DNA of 64,000 bases from Podarcis vaucheri (lineage: Eukaryota). The stretch is from assembly GCA_965113315.1 (NCBI GenBank), contig OZ220370.1. One strand, 5' to 3'. Both the position numbers and the translations under genes were made by a program. Below the pieces are notes generated by a model. It made no database searches and was not told the origin of the DNA. It was given only the letters and a program-made list of their open reading frames with translations. This document shows, one piece after another, positions 11,638 through 24,102 of the stretch (the first letter of the stretch is position 1; every line of letters starts with the position of its first letter).

Positions 11638-13027
11638 ATATGTTACACTCTGTTGTGGCAACATGGGTAGGGTGGTTATCAATAGAGAGGCAGCAATTTT
11701 TAACAACATGCCCCCATGGAAGTCAATGAGAGAAATTTCTTGGCACTTGGTCTGGGGCTGATATGAAGTTCCACTGTTGATAAGCATTGCCTGTAACTTG
11801 AAGACGTATATATGATACAGCATGTGTTCTGCTTTAGATATTATACTGGCGGAAGATGCCAGATAAATGGGTGAATCTGTCATGGCATACCTGGTATTCT
11901 ACCAATATAGCAAGTCTTCTGCTGAATCTTATAGATCCTCAACTGGCAAATTTTCAGAATAAAATTGTACCATCATGTATGGCTAAATAATGAAACAAAA
12001 TACATTTGTTGTTGTCAGTTGCTCCATTGGGAAAGCACCTAGTGATGGTGGTGAATAAAACAATGATAATCTGAAAGAGATTGGCAGCACAGATATCACA
12101 GTGAAGGTTTCGTTCCAGCACATATTTGTACTGAAAATCAGTCTTCATACATTTAGATGTTCTTATAAAAAGCTGACTTATTACTTGAGCTAGCCAGACA
12201 ATATTCTACCACTCGAGTTGTTTATGCTGATCTTCATGAGTGATCATCATCCATACTCTCATGCAACAATATAGATGATAGTGTGGGTTTAAACAATAAA
12301 TTGAGCAGTCAAGTTTGAGTGTTCAGAGTGCTTGGTAACAATAATATAAATGAACTTAAGAGGCTTTTACAACTAACTTTGAGTTCTTAGTTTGGTTTTG
12401 AAGTGCTTAGTGGATAGTTGACTGAAGGTAGGAAGAAACTAAGAGTGAACACATTTGGGGAGGGTTCAGGGGGGCATGTGGAGTGGGGAGGAAAGTCCTG
12501 TTGCTCTAGCAGGACTTATTTGCTGGCTTCTGCTAGGGCAACTACTTGGTTGAATCTGGCCCAGAAAGCAGCCTCAGTAGGTCAAAATCCAAATTAGATC
12601 CTAGTAACATGGAAGGGCCATGTTGATATCAATAAGCAAGATACAAAAGATGTTACTTTAAAATGAAAGTTGATACAGAGAGTCCAGCTCTCTTAGACCT
12701 CTGCCCACAAATGGTTTATAGAACAGCTTGTTTCCATATGCTTAGAGGCTGCAGAGCTGGATGATTAGAGAATAGATGGTCATACATCAGAGAGATAAAT
12801 AAAGATGAGTATTCTGAGTGCTTGGGATGTGTTCGCATTAGAACTTTGATTTTAGTCTAGACTTGGAAATGCTTATGTAGAATCCATTATAAATGGAAGC
12901 TGAAAGCTTAATATAAAACTTGCTGGAAGATTTAGCATGAAGGATTGTTTCCTACAGTGCATCTGAAATAGTGAACAGATGCAAATAGCTTTGAAGTAGA
13001 AGTGAGTGATTCATAACCTGATAAAGA

Positions 13028-13158
13028 AATAATAATAATAATAATTTATACCCTGCCCATCTGGCTGGGTTTCTCCAGCGACTCTGGGTGGCTCCCAACA
13101 GAATATGTAAAAAAGCAACAAAACATCAAACGTTAAAAACTTCCCTAAACAGAGCTGC
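13028..13158 (-). mobile_element. L2-type LINE 3' end
   Basis: (AAT)n tail + CCCTGCCCATCTGGCTGGGTTTCTCCAGCGACTCTGGG...CTTCCCTAAACAGAGCTGC; same family as 11277, 13806 and 16665. Confidence 0.75.
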
Positions 13159-13217
13159 AAGGAAGTATTGTATGGATCCTGAATAAAAGTAAAACATGAG
13201 TCAGACTAGAGTTGGTA

Positions 13218-13551
13218 CAGTGGTGCTCCGCAAAACGAATACCTCGCAAGACGGAAAACTTGCTAGACGAAAGAGTTTTACGTTTTGGAGGTGCTTCGCA
13301 AAACGAATTTCCTATGGGCTTGCTTCGCAAGACGACAATGTCTTGCGAGTTCCTGCTGGTTTTTTCCCTTCCCCCCCTTTTTCTAAGCCGCTAAGCCGCT
13401 TATCAGCTGATCCGATCAGCAGATAAGCCGCTAAAAGCCGCTAATGGCGCTAATCCGCTAATCCGTCAATGGGCTTGCTTTGCAAGACGAAAAAACTGCT
13501 AGACGAAGAGAATCACAGAACGGATTCTTTTCGTCTTGCGAGGCACCACTG
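13218..13551 (+). mobile_element. Tc1/mariner (pogo/Tigger-like) MITE, 334 bp, copy 1
   Basis: TA|CAGTGGTGCTCCGCAAAACGAA ... TTCGTCTTGCGAGGCACCACTG|TA; many internal CGCAAGACG repeats; near-identical inverted copy at 23770-24102. Confidence 0.9.
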
Positions 13552-13805
13552 TATTAGATAATGAATGGAAAGGTGTATATAAATATATTGTCAAGAGCTA
13601 GTCTGACCTAGACACTGAAGGCATTTTGTCCAAGGAATTTTGTCCTCATGGAATGCCTTGAAGAATCTGTTAAGCAGTCTAGCTCATCAGGTCATGCAGA
13701 CACCTTTCTTTGAGTTTGGACAATTCCTTACACCACACCATGGATCGAGCTTCTCCCTCTTCCCCTGTAGCCCCCAGGAGCTAAGACAGAGGCAGACCTG
13801 GTGTG

Positions 13806-13876
13806 AGAGTGGCTGGGGAAGCCCAGCCAGATGGGCGGGGTATAAATAATAAATTATTATTATTATTAAATTATTA
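13806..13876 (+). mobile_element. Very short L2-type LINE 3' end
   Basis: AGAGTGGCTGGGGAAGCCCAGCCAGATGGGCGGGGTATAAATAATAAATTATTATT; possible TGAGA duplication at the flanks. Confidence 0.75.
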
Positions 13877-16664
13877 TGAGACAGATAATGGATGAGAAAT
13901 GTTTGCCTGGCTTTAAGGAAAGCAGAGGTCTACTGAGCAGAAGGGGCCTACTCAATAGGAGGCTTCCCCAAGTGCATCTGGTAAGTAGGAAGAGGGTGAG
14001 TTGGCTGTTCAACAGCTCACAATAGAGGTCTCTGGACTGCTTTCCTTCTGGTTCAGTCTATCTCGCTCCTGTTTACCTTGTCTTGACTCCTGATTGACTA
14101 TAGCTCTGGGATTGCCATTTTAATAGGCCACTGTGCCATAATGTTTTGTATATTCATGTGCTCATGTGTAATCTTCCTACCAGTAGAAAACAAGCACAGT
14201 AGGGAGTATGTTGGACTAAATGTTTTTCCCTGGTGGTGTTGGGTGGTGCGTTTTTGGTTTTAGATTGGTTGCCACATTACTTTATTAGCAGGGATGGGAA
14301 ATCTTTTCGGCTCAGCAGGTCAGATTCTTCACTTTCCCCACCCCTGCAGACAAACCTTTTGGACAACTCACTTGTGAGTCATTTGACATCATTATGATTT
14401 TTAGATGATTGATAGGCATTGCCTTACCTACCTTTCAAAGTCCCCTTTTCAGTGTTTCCAAAGTGCCTGACAGCCAGCTTGGTTGCTGGATGCTCATTTT
14501 TGTATTTTATATCAGAAGGAAGCCCTAGTTTCCCTATCTGGGAATAGTACCTTCCCCAGCCCTATACTTGAGATCTCTGTGGTCTTTCCCTCTACCAGCC
14601 TCAACCTAAGGTTGAAAGAGATGCACTGACAAGTTAAGTTTCAAATGAATACATTCCATATAAGAGTAATGCATTAAATGCAAAATAAATAATTATGAAG
14701 ACTGCTCAGACTAAGGAGTTATTTGGGTTTGCTTTTATCTTCTGGACTCAAATAGAAAATACCTTGCTCTCTGCAACTAGAACATTAGCTTAAGCCTACT
14801 TATTATTTTACAAGAGAAGTTACATAAAATAATGTAATTTTATCAAGATAACTGGGTGATTGGGATGTATCAAGTGGTGGTCTTCCTTAGAGCAGACCTA
14901 TTCAACATTGCAATTTTCAGTTTTTCCATCTGTTGCAAGCATTGCAGCTTGCCAGATAGAATGACCTCACCTCTCCTCTCCCTGCACACTGTTCTGGGGA
15001 TTCTCCTGACCTGCTCAGGCAGCTTTGGGAGGAGGAGGGTGAGAATAGGGGAAAACCCATTGTGCAAGTTGAAATCCTTGTGTAGGGCTTCTAACAGGAC
15101 TGTTTAGGTGAATCCCACCCATTGAAATTAATGAGACTAACTTGGGTTTATTAATTTTGGTAGGTCTACACTGAGTCAAACTTAGTTTGATATAAGCCAT
15201 TCACGCTATCTTACTGCTTTTCAGAAAGACTGAAGGCACTAGTTCTGTAAAAAAGAAAAACACTCAACTATCTGATAATTTAAGAACTGTTGGCATTTAG
15301 CTAAGAAGAGCAAAAACTTCCAGGTCAATGCTTCCCAAACAAGGGAACTTACAATGTTTGAAATTGCTGTCTCTTTTTTTTGGACATGAAATGGCCCTTC
15401 AAAAGGAAATACTTGCTTAAAGTAAGGGCTATTTGTTTCAGAACTCTTAAGGCAGAGTCTATTTGATATAATGTAAATCCTACAGTACCTTGTGACTTCC
15501 TTTTGATTTGAAATGTGACATGACAGTTGAAGTATCAAATATAGTCCTGTCAAAGCTAGTTTCTGTATCAAGATTATTCCCTACAGAGAGCTTTCATATA
15601 GCCTTAAGGGTGAGCTATTGAAGGCAGAATCAAATAGCTTAACTAATGCATTGACAAAACTAACCTGTAAATATTTGACTAGACTGCAAAGATGAAACAA
15701 GGGTAGGTATTGCTTACAAGTTCATTGTGCAGCAGATATTCTCAGCTTTCAGAATTTCCACACCCACTTATCTCCCAACTTGGTTTTTGAGAGGTCTCAT
15801 GGCTCCAGAGGGGAAACTGATAGCACCACCATCATAACCATCAACTGCCAGTTCCTTTCACAACAAAGTACACTCATTAGCAGACACTTAATATGTCCTG
15901 ACCTCATTCCTCTCTTCTGTCCCCCCAGCATGGCTTTACGGCAGTTCCCACAGTTCCTAGTGTGTTTCCCCCTCCCACTCACAATAGTTTCAGAACTACC
16001 ATGGTTTCCTCAGTGGTTTTCAAGTTTATCATTGTTAACAAAGATGTCTCCCTTCAAGGTAATTTCGGTAATTACTTTTTTTCTTAATAGTCTGCTTCCA
16101 GATGTTGAAACCTGGTCTGTGCCTTCTAGAAACACATTACTGTAACTCCAGACAGGTGTGATATATGCAGAGCCATTCTTGAAGTTAAACAGACTACCTT
16201 GCTCAGAGCGGTAATCTTTGACTAGTGAAATCAGGCATAATAAGGACATATTTTATTCACTAGTTCAACTTCATTTCAGTAACTGATCTAAGTAGTCAGT
16301 TCAGTTGCCTTCTCTTCTTCACCATGCATAAGCATATAGATGGAGGGGTGATAGCCTTCTGTGTAATTTTATTAAATTTTGTCTGTGTTCTGTATGGTTT
16401 GCCACCTGGCCTGAAGCAGCCTTGTTAGGGTAACAAAGTATCTAACAAAAATGCAAAACAGAGGATTGAGAATTCCAGCCCATTAGCTTTAGAACAAGTA
16501 TAACTATTTAAGTTGTGAATACTGCTCAATTTTGTATAGTAAGGCAACTATGTGCTTTGGAATCATTTGAGATACACACTGCCAAAGTCGTCATAATTCC
16601 TTTTGTGTAATGCTTGATAAAATTGAAGTTAATATTAATTTCCATTTGGGCATCCAATTTTGTC

Positions 16665-16846
16665 AATAATAATAATAAATAATAAATATTTAATTTATTA
16701 CTTATACCCCACTCATCGGGCTGGGCATCCCCAGCCACTCTGGGCAGCTTCCAAAAGGATATTAAAAACAATAAAACTTCCCTAAACAGGGCTGCCTTCA
16801 GATGTCTTCTAAAAGTCAGATAGTTGCTTATTTCATTGACATCTGA
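16665..16846 (-). mobile_element. L2-type LINE 3' end including ORF2 C-terminus
   Basis: Minus strand reads SDVNEISNYLTFRRHLKAALFRE (L2-like F-x-x-x-LK-x-x-LF terminus), then the same 3'UTR and (AAT)n tail. Confidence 0.75.
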
Positions 16847-18049
16847 GTGGAATGGACTTCACTTAGGGAATGGGATTTCCCCTTCCTCACCTTTGCACTT
16901 CCTGTATACTCCCACAATCTGCTATAGAAGGCTGGTGGTCCTTGTAGCTTGAGCAAAGTATGCTCTTTTGACAATTTTCATGTGACTTTGAAAATCTCCA
17001 ATTACTATAAATGTATTGATATATTTTTAGTTCATTACATTGAACAGGTTTGTTGTGCATCCTCTTTTTTATGTTATCAGTGAAGAATATATCACATATA
17101 TGAAAATCTCAACATTCAGAGTACTTTATTTTTTAAAAGCTCTGTAGGTCAATGACAATAATCAAATCTCTAGAAGAAATCCAAAGCTACCCTTTTAAAT
17201 CCGTCTAGTATCAAATTAGTTCTCCTGAGTCCCAACTCCCATGTAAAGGCTGGGAGACCAGATGTAGCTCTGTGTGCTCTGTAGGTCACCTCATTTGGGC
17301 TGTGATGGAAGAAATGAGTTCTACTCTTGAGAATAATTGCTAGAATTGTTTTTTCTGGGGAAATTAATTATAAATACAAATGTAGCTGTGAACATCTTAC
17401 TATTACGGTATGTTATTCTAAAAAACTGAAATGCTTGTTTTACAATAAGTGAATTGGATGCAGATAACCAGGTGAGGTTTAACTGAAATAGGAAAGTAAG
17501 TTTCTCAAATAGAATCTTTAGTATGTTGACAGATCACCACCTATACATCTTTTATGTTTCTTTAGTTCTGGTTTCTCTGGAAAGCTTTTTGTTAACTCAA
17601 ATTATATTTCTGTTAATAATAGCTTGCTTTAATTCTTCTCTAAAGTGTGTCATTTAAAAAAGTGTATTCTGTCCCATTACTGATAGTAAAACCTAGTGTT
17701 GTTCTTCAGAAATGGGTTCTTAGTTCTCTCATCTGCCTGATGAGGGTGACAGTAGGAATGTACAAATTGTTAAGAACAGGAGGTTGTGTTGGTAATGCAC
17801 CTTGACCCAGAGGGCCATGGTTAAATTTAATTTTATTTCATGGAGTTGACATCACTTGTATTGTAAATGAGTATTCTGTGATGAGTGCTATGGAATCATT
17901 AGCCATAAATGTGAAAACTTAACATCAGACTCTTAAAATTAGTGAAACATAATGAATTTGTGAAAATGAGTAAATTTGATCTTCCAAATGATTACTTGAG
18001 TTTTGTGAACACATACTCTAATTTCTTTCTGCAACATGACTAGTAATTA

Positions 18050-19047
18050 CCGTATTTTTCTCTCTAAAACACTCACAGTTTTTCTCCTAAAAAGTAAGGG
18101 GAAATGTCTGTGCATGTTATTGAGCGAATGTGTGGTCCCTGGAGCCGACTGGCCCGAGTACAGGGGCAAAAATCAGATCGTGGAGGAGGGAAGGCTAAAG
18201 AAGGAAGTTGCTGTTTTTCTGTATTCTGCCTCAGGGTCTTACTGCCCACTGTTTTCGGTTGCTGTGTATGCTCAAACGCAACAAAGAGCAGGGAAAGCCC
18301 CTGCTCTCCTGGCAAGCAGAGGGGAAAGGAAAGGATCGCGTCCTTCCTTCTAATTCCTTCCTAGTCACACTGCGCACAGGCTCCGGCCCACCTGGCTCAG
18401 GTTCCATCGGCTAGGAGCGCAGCCGACAGCCACCACCTCCTCCTCTCCGTGCTCCGCTGCTGCTGCTGCTGCGTCTAGCATTGCAGGCAGCTGGAAAATG
18501 CAGGTGGGAGAGAGAGATAGAGATAGGGGGGGGGCTGGCTTGGGTGGGTGGGGGAAAACTTTTGCCTTCCTTTCCTCCCTCCCGTTAAACCCCTCTCCTG
18601 CATTCTTAGCCAGCTGCTTCTCTGCACACCCCTCTTGTGCTCCTTGTCCCTTCTGTGTTTTTCCTTCCCTCCCTACTTAAAACGTGGTTACAAAGCACGG
18701 ATCCACATGGATCCTCATGATCTTTGCATTGGGTCACCCCAAATTCACCATCAGATCACATTACATGTCCATGGCTACAGCCTGCACCAAAAAAATCACG
18801 CACCCACTGTTGCCTGGGGCCACAATGGTGCAAAAATGTGGTTACAAGCCACAGATCCACATGGATTCTCAGGATTTTTGCATTGGGCTACCCCAAACTC
18901 ACCGTCAAATCACATGTCTGTGGCCACAGCATGAAGCACAAAATGATACATCCACTGTTTCATTCAGAATTTTTTTTATTGTTTTCCTCCTCTAAAAACT
19001 ATGTGCGTGTTATGGTCAGGTGCGTGTTATCGAGCGAAAAATACGGG
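18050..19047. mobile_element. ~1-kb non-autonomous Tc1/mariner (Tc2-like) DNA transposon
   Basis: TA|CCGTATTTTTCTCTCTAAAACACTCAC ... GTGCGTGTTATCGAGCGAAAAATACGG(G)|TA; CCGTATTT termini are Tc2/Kanga-like; no transposase ORF. Confidence 0.8.
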
Positions 19048-20524
19048 TATTTTTAATAGAACCAAAGAGCCTCAAAAATTAATCTGCAACTAACACAATG
19101 TGAGTGACTTTTTTATAGGATGGTGATGATGATTCAATTTATTGTCTCCTTTTCATCAGCAGGTCCCAGAGCAGGTTACAGCAATTTAAAATTCAATAAT
19201 AAAAACAGTTAAAACAAATTGCAGTCACATGAATAGGGTGGGTCCTGAGAATACATATCTCAGATGTCAAAAGCTAGGGTAGAGGGGTACCTCTTCTGCA
19301 TAGCCACTTGCATGGATGTGTTCATTGCCTTAAGTTAAACGACTACAACGTAAGAATACTAAAAAGTATTCTTTGTTGTCTGTCATGACTGCGACTGAAG
19401 GGGATGTCAGAGGAATGATCAACAGCAACATCCAAAATATTTCCATTGAGCTTGCTCCCTAATAAGAATGCTTGGGGTTGTAGCCCAGTTCACTAGAGGT
19501 ATCTAAATGCTGAAGGGAATTTATGTATTAAGGTATTTTAACAGAAGGGAAAAAGAAGGGGAATGAGAAGCATGTGGAAGGCGGCTAAAATCTTACTAAC
19601 ACTCACATTTAACAGACACTGCTTAGGAGACAGGTTTTGTTTCACAGTAACACTTCTCACAGTAAGATAGCTTATCAATGCGGACTTGGAAAGTGTAGGT
19701 TGACATTTTTAGTTGACTTTAATGACTATTCTTTACAGATTTTACAGACAGATCATCTTTTCAAATGGACTGTGGAGAAAACCCCATCTTAACAAGATTG
19801 TGCAAGGCTTGTTTGTATTGATTAGGAAAGGACTTGCAGTTCTTTGACAGAATGGAGTGCTGCTGAATAGTAGCAAGATGAATGTGTTTGTTATGAGTCA
19901 GTAGGTAAAGCTTTGAAATCTCATGGCTGGCTGATTCTTTTGCAAGTTGATGCCTTTTACAGGAGAGTGCCTAAGATGTAGCCTATCTTCTGCTTTATCT
20001 CTGTTTTCCATGCAGTCAGAGAGAAACTTACACCTGAACTCTTAATCTACTATATTTTTGTTTTCGTTGCCATTTGTGTGGTCAATTATCAATTGCAGCC
20101 CAAAGTGCTTGTAGTCTACAAACTCTTGAAATGATAAATAACAATGAATCATCAATGAAGGAAAATACCAAAGCTCATGATATCAGTATTTACAAAGTCC
20201 ATTTAATCTAGATGATTCTGAGAAAAGTGAGGGCATAGAGTGCTCTAGACATAGGTCAGCAAGAAATGTGGAAAGGGTTTATCACTGCTAAGAAGCAGCT
20301 GTGATTGTGGCTTCTTTATGCTACGACATATGGTACACTGTATACCCTAAGGCAAAATAGGTGTACAGATGCAGCTTAGAATTTGTGTGTGTGTTCTTGC
20401 CTCAGCTAATGCTATCTAATTCAAATGCTATCTAGTTCAAAAATATCATTCCAGAAAGTAATATGTTGGCAAATAGATAACTTATGTACTTTTTGTTGTT
20501 GAATAACTGATGTAGTTTAAAGTT

Positions 20525-20603
20525 TAAAGGTAAAGAGACCCCTGACCATTCAGTCCACTCACGGATGACTCTGGGGTTGCGGCGCTCATCTCAGTTTAAT
20601 GGC
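20525..20603 (-). mobile_element. Sauria SINE 3' end (5'-truncated)
   Basis: TAAAGGTAAAGAGACCCCTGACCATT..GACTCTGGGGTTGCGGCGCTCATCTC is the reverse complement of the Sauria SINE tail ending in ACCTTT. Confidence 0.8.
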
Positions 20604-23025
20604 TGCGACAGTTTAAGGCTAGTGAAACATTATTGCAGACTTAAGTGGCTTTAATGATAACTCTGCCAAGAGTCTTTTTGCTTCTTTTTAGAAAAATATA
20701 TTCAAGAACTTGGGATTTTGTAGATTTTCATTGGTGGTGGTAGCAGTACCACCACTAGAGGGAGTGATGGAAAGACATGTACAAAATCATTTTGAAAGCT
20801 CTGGGGAGGTTGTAATGCATCACAGTAATTAAATTTGTACCTCAACAGTAGGAGCTGGGAGAGACTTAGGGAGAAAATGCAGTTGTTAAGAACTGTTGAA
20901 ACATTTTAATAAATAGATGACAGGAAACAGAAAACCATAGCAGTTACTGTGCAGTTGACTGGGAGCAAACTGGCCCAAGACAGAGGCCGTTGTCATTTGA
21001 TGATTTTCCAGGTAGTCAAATCCACTGAGGTAGTAGCATTAGATCCTGTCATCTTTAGGGTTGCAAGTGTACCATTCTGCTTGTTCCAGAGTCTTTGCTT
21101 AATGTATGAACATATGAATTTAAAGATTTAAAGTCACAGAATATGCAACAGCGTGGAAATATAGGGTGGTTAGACCTTTAAACCATGCCCCCTCCAAGTG
21201 AGTTCCAAAATGTCCCCTTAAAATGTTGCTTTCCAAAGTTTCCCTCTGCCCCTAGCATAGAAGAATACCATGTCTGGGAAGATAATAATGGTTTACTTAC
21301 AAACTCTCCAAAGGTCTGATTCATGTGTTTTTCAATCCAGCATTCAGAAAAGTTCCACAGGCAATAAAACAAATTCTTGGTTATAGGAACTTAGGAGCGG
21401 ATTGTGAGAGCCATGCGGATGAGCTTGAGCAACTAGCTCAAACCTCTTCACATGCTGAACCTCCCAGGTAGATTGGAGAAGAATTGTTTTCTCCTAAGTG
21501 AATTGACTTAGCTAAGCTTGACAGGACAGTTTACTGGTATTAAACCCTTTATGCATTAATTAGACTTAAGCATGTTCGTTATATAGGGCTGGTTATCCCA
21601 CATGAACCAGTATGATAAAGACATTTAACACCATACAATGTTTCTTCAAAACATTTATGAAGAACCTCCCCCCCCCCCCAAATTTCAAGAACTCAACAAC
21701 AGTTTGATTCCAATCCTATTAACCAGTGGCAAGTTCAGTTCATATCCATTCCTGTGCAGAATTACAACCAACTGGGAAAAAAATCAAGTGGGAGATGTCC
21801 TGTGAGTAATTCTGACTGAAGTTCCCTTGTGTTCTGCCCACTCCCTCTGACACCATAACACCTGTCAGAGTGTTTTGATTTACCACAGAGCCTTTAGTTG
21901 TATTCTTTTTTAAAAAATATATATTCAATTTCAGTTCAATAAAATAGAAGATATATTTCAATGTGGGGGAAGGAAGTCTCAAATTCTAGGAACTGCAGGT
22001 TTTCCTAGTATTACATAATACCTTTTGTCATTTGGATGAACAATACAAAATATCTGTGAGGTCATTGGGAGCAGAGAGCAGCTGCTGAAACATAAATTTG
22101 TAGACCAGCTGCGACATTAAAGTTATGTGATATTTTTTGCCCCCATCCTGCAAAAACAAAGACAGAATTCATGGAAATGTCTCAGATTTTAAATATAGCA
22201 CTGGATTATTAACCTACCAGTATATCTAAAGTACATATGAGCTTTGATACTTTAAAGTTAAATGTATTGAATTTAATATCTTTCCCTAGATGCTTTTTTG
22301 ATCTCTGCTGCACTTTCTACATTTTTTTAGTATCTTTAGTTCTTGACTGCTTTGTTTCCACTTGACTATAGTAATATTTCCGGTAGTGCATTTGGAATGA
22401 TGGGCTTCCTCCAGCTGCTTTTACAAAGCAAAGTAAAGTACCTAGATGTGCTCACTGGTGGTGTTGATTCTGGTGGTCTGCAGCAACATAAAACATTTTG
22501 ATGCTATTAGTATAGGTAAGTAAATAGGTGTGTAGGGAACTACCTAAAAGTAGTACATTTACTACAAGAACTTCTTTGCAATTGCATTTTTTTTGTTTCA
22601 TATCTTGAACAGTAATGTTAGAGGGTAAGTTTCACAAATGTGTTGTGAGTCGTGACTGCTTTCAGGTGGAAATAGTGCTTGCTATTTTGTTACGGTTAAT
22701 TTCATGGGAAAAGCTGTGTTGTGTTGAAAAGCAATTTTGAGTTTGAACTTTGTGTTTTGTGTGTTGTGTTCAAGAAATAGGATGGCTATAAATATTAGTG
22801 TTTTTGGATGGGTATGGTTCAGTGCTATCATGTTGTAATTATTTTGGATGATTCCCTCTTCAGACTCTATAATTCTACTCCAAACAATGTTTGGAGTTTG
22901 AAGCAGGTAAATTTCATCTGCCTCCTGACTTAAACTGATGTAGCTCATTGATGTGACATAGAAGTTCAGTTAGTAAGGTTTACACTCTGTATGCAAGGAA
23001 TTTTCCTATATACTAAGTTGGAGGA

Positions 23026-23177
23026 CATGGGCAATAGCCAGGATTTTTTTTAGGGGGATGCCCGGACTTCATTAGGGGAACAGAACTGACATTATTGGTC
23101 AATTAGTTAAGTATTTCTATTGAGTTACTTGATCTGAGGGTGCAGCTGCTCCCCTGCCCCCCTTGGCTACGCCCATG
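23026..23177. mobile_element. hAT-family MITE, 152 bp
   Basis: TIRs CATGGGCAATAGCCAGG / CTTGGCTACGCCCATG with a perfect 8-bp TSD TTGGAGGA (23018-23025, 23178-23185). Confidence 0.85.
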
Positions 23178-23769
23178 TTGGAGGACCTTCCATTGTCCCC
23201 AGATAAGCTTAATAAAGGTTATAGTGACATGTTGAGAGAACTCACACAGGGAAGTTGTGTTTAGATGAAATTGCTTGCTTGGAGAATGGGAATGAGCAAC
23301 TATTTTCATGTCGGAGAGGGTCAAATTTGTTAAGGAGGAAAGCTTCTTTAAATATACATGGAAGAGGAAATTGAGTGTGATTGCCTGCTGAGTAAGATTT
23401 CAAGATTGTAGCCTGGCAGCACTGACCTTAGGGACATTAATTGTACCTGATTGCTGGTTGACAGAAGACTGTTTGCTTCAGAAGAGACAACTGCCTAACA
23501 TACTGTCTAGGCAGTGCTGGAACAGTATCGGTTAGTCTTGTTCTTATTATCTTTCTAATGATTGATGGCTTTCTCCATGAAAAGGCATGAGAATGAAACC
23601 ACTGAGAGAACTTTATATTAAGAGGTGGCATACAGATGTCATAAACAAATGAAGTGAGCTTGAAGTTGAATGCTTTTCATAATGTTTTACAATTGGCACT
23701 ATACTGCCAGATATTAACAAGTCTTGGATAATTGTTTGTTCATACCTGCACCAATATTTTGACAGCATA

Positions 23770-24102
23770 CAGTGGTGCCTCGCAAGACGAAAAGAATCCG
23801 TTCTGTGATTCTCTTCGTCTAGCAGTTTTTCGTCTTGCAAAGCAAGCCCATTGACGGATTAGTGGATTAGCGCTATTAGCGGCTTTTAGCGGCTTATCTG
23901 CTGATCGGATCAGCTGATAAGCAGCTTAGCGGCTTAGAAAAAGGGGGGGAGGGGAAAAAACCAGCAGGAACTCGCAAGACATTGTCGTCTTGCGAAGCAA
24001 GCCCATAGGAAATTCGTTTTGCGAAGCACCTCCAAAACGGAAAACTCTTTCGTCTAGCGAGTTTTCCGTCTTGCGAGGCATTCGTCTTGCGGGGCACCAC
24101 TG
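23770..24102 (-). mobile_element. Tc1/mariner (pogo/Tigger-like) MITE, copy 2 (inverted relative to 13218)
   Basis: TA|CAGTGGTGCCTCGCAAGACGAA ... TTCGTCTTGCGGGGCACCACTG|TA; spurious ORFs 23894/23926 nearly identical to 13196/13212. Confidence 0.9.

Noticed and set aside
13196-13426. Duplicated ORFs (13196/13212 and 23894/23926) suggesting a paralogous small protein
   Set aside because: They are translations of two copies of a non-coding MITE; no transposase motifs
13384-13466. Short AAGCCGCT/AATCCGCT repeats and recurring GCAAGACGAA motifs resembling a CRISPR-like array
   Set aside because: Irregular spacing, no unique spacers, inside a TA-flanked MITE in a vertebrate genome
15100-15200. 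Short CCATTGAAATTAATG-type palindromic motifs (also ~26200-26280, ~50060-50120, ~59700-59760)
   Set aside because: Look like old dispersed non-autonomous DNA-element relics; too decayed to delimit or classify by eye
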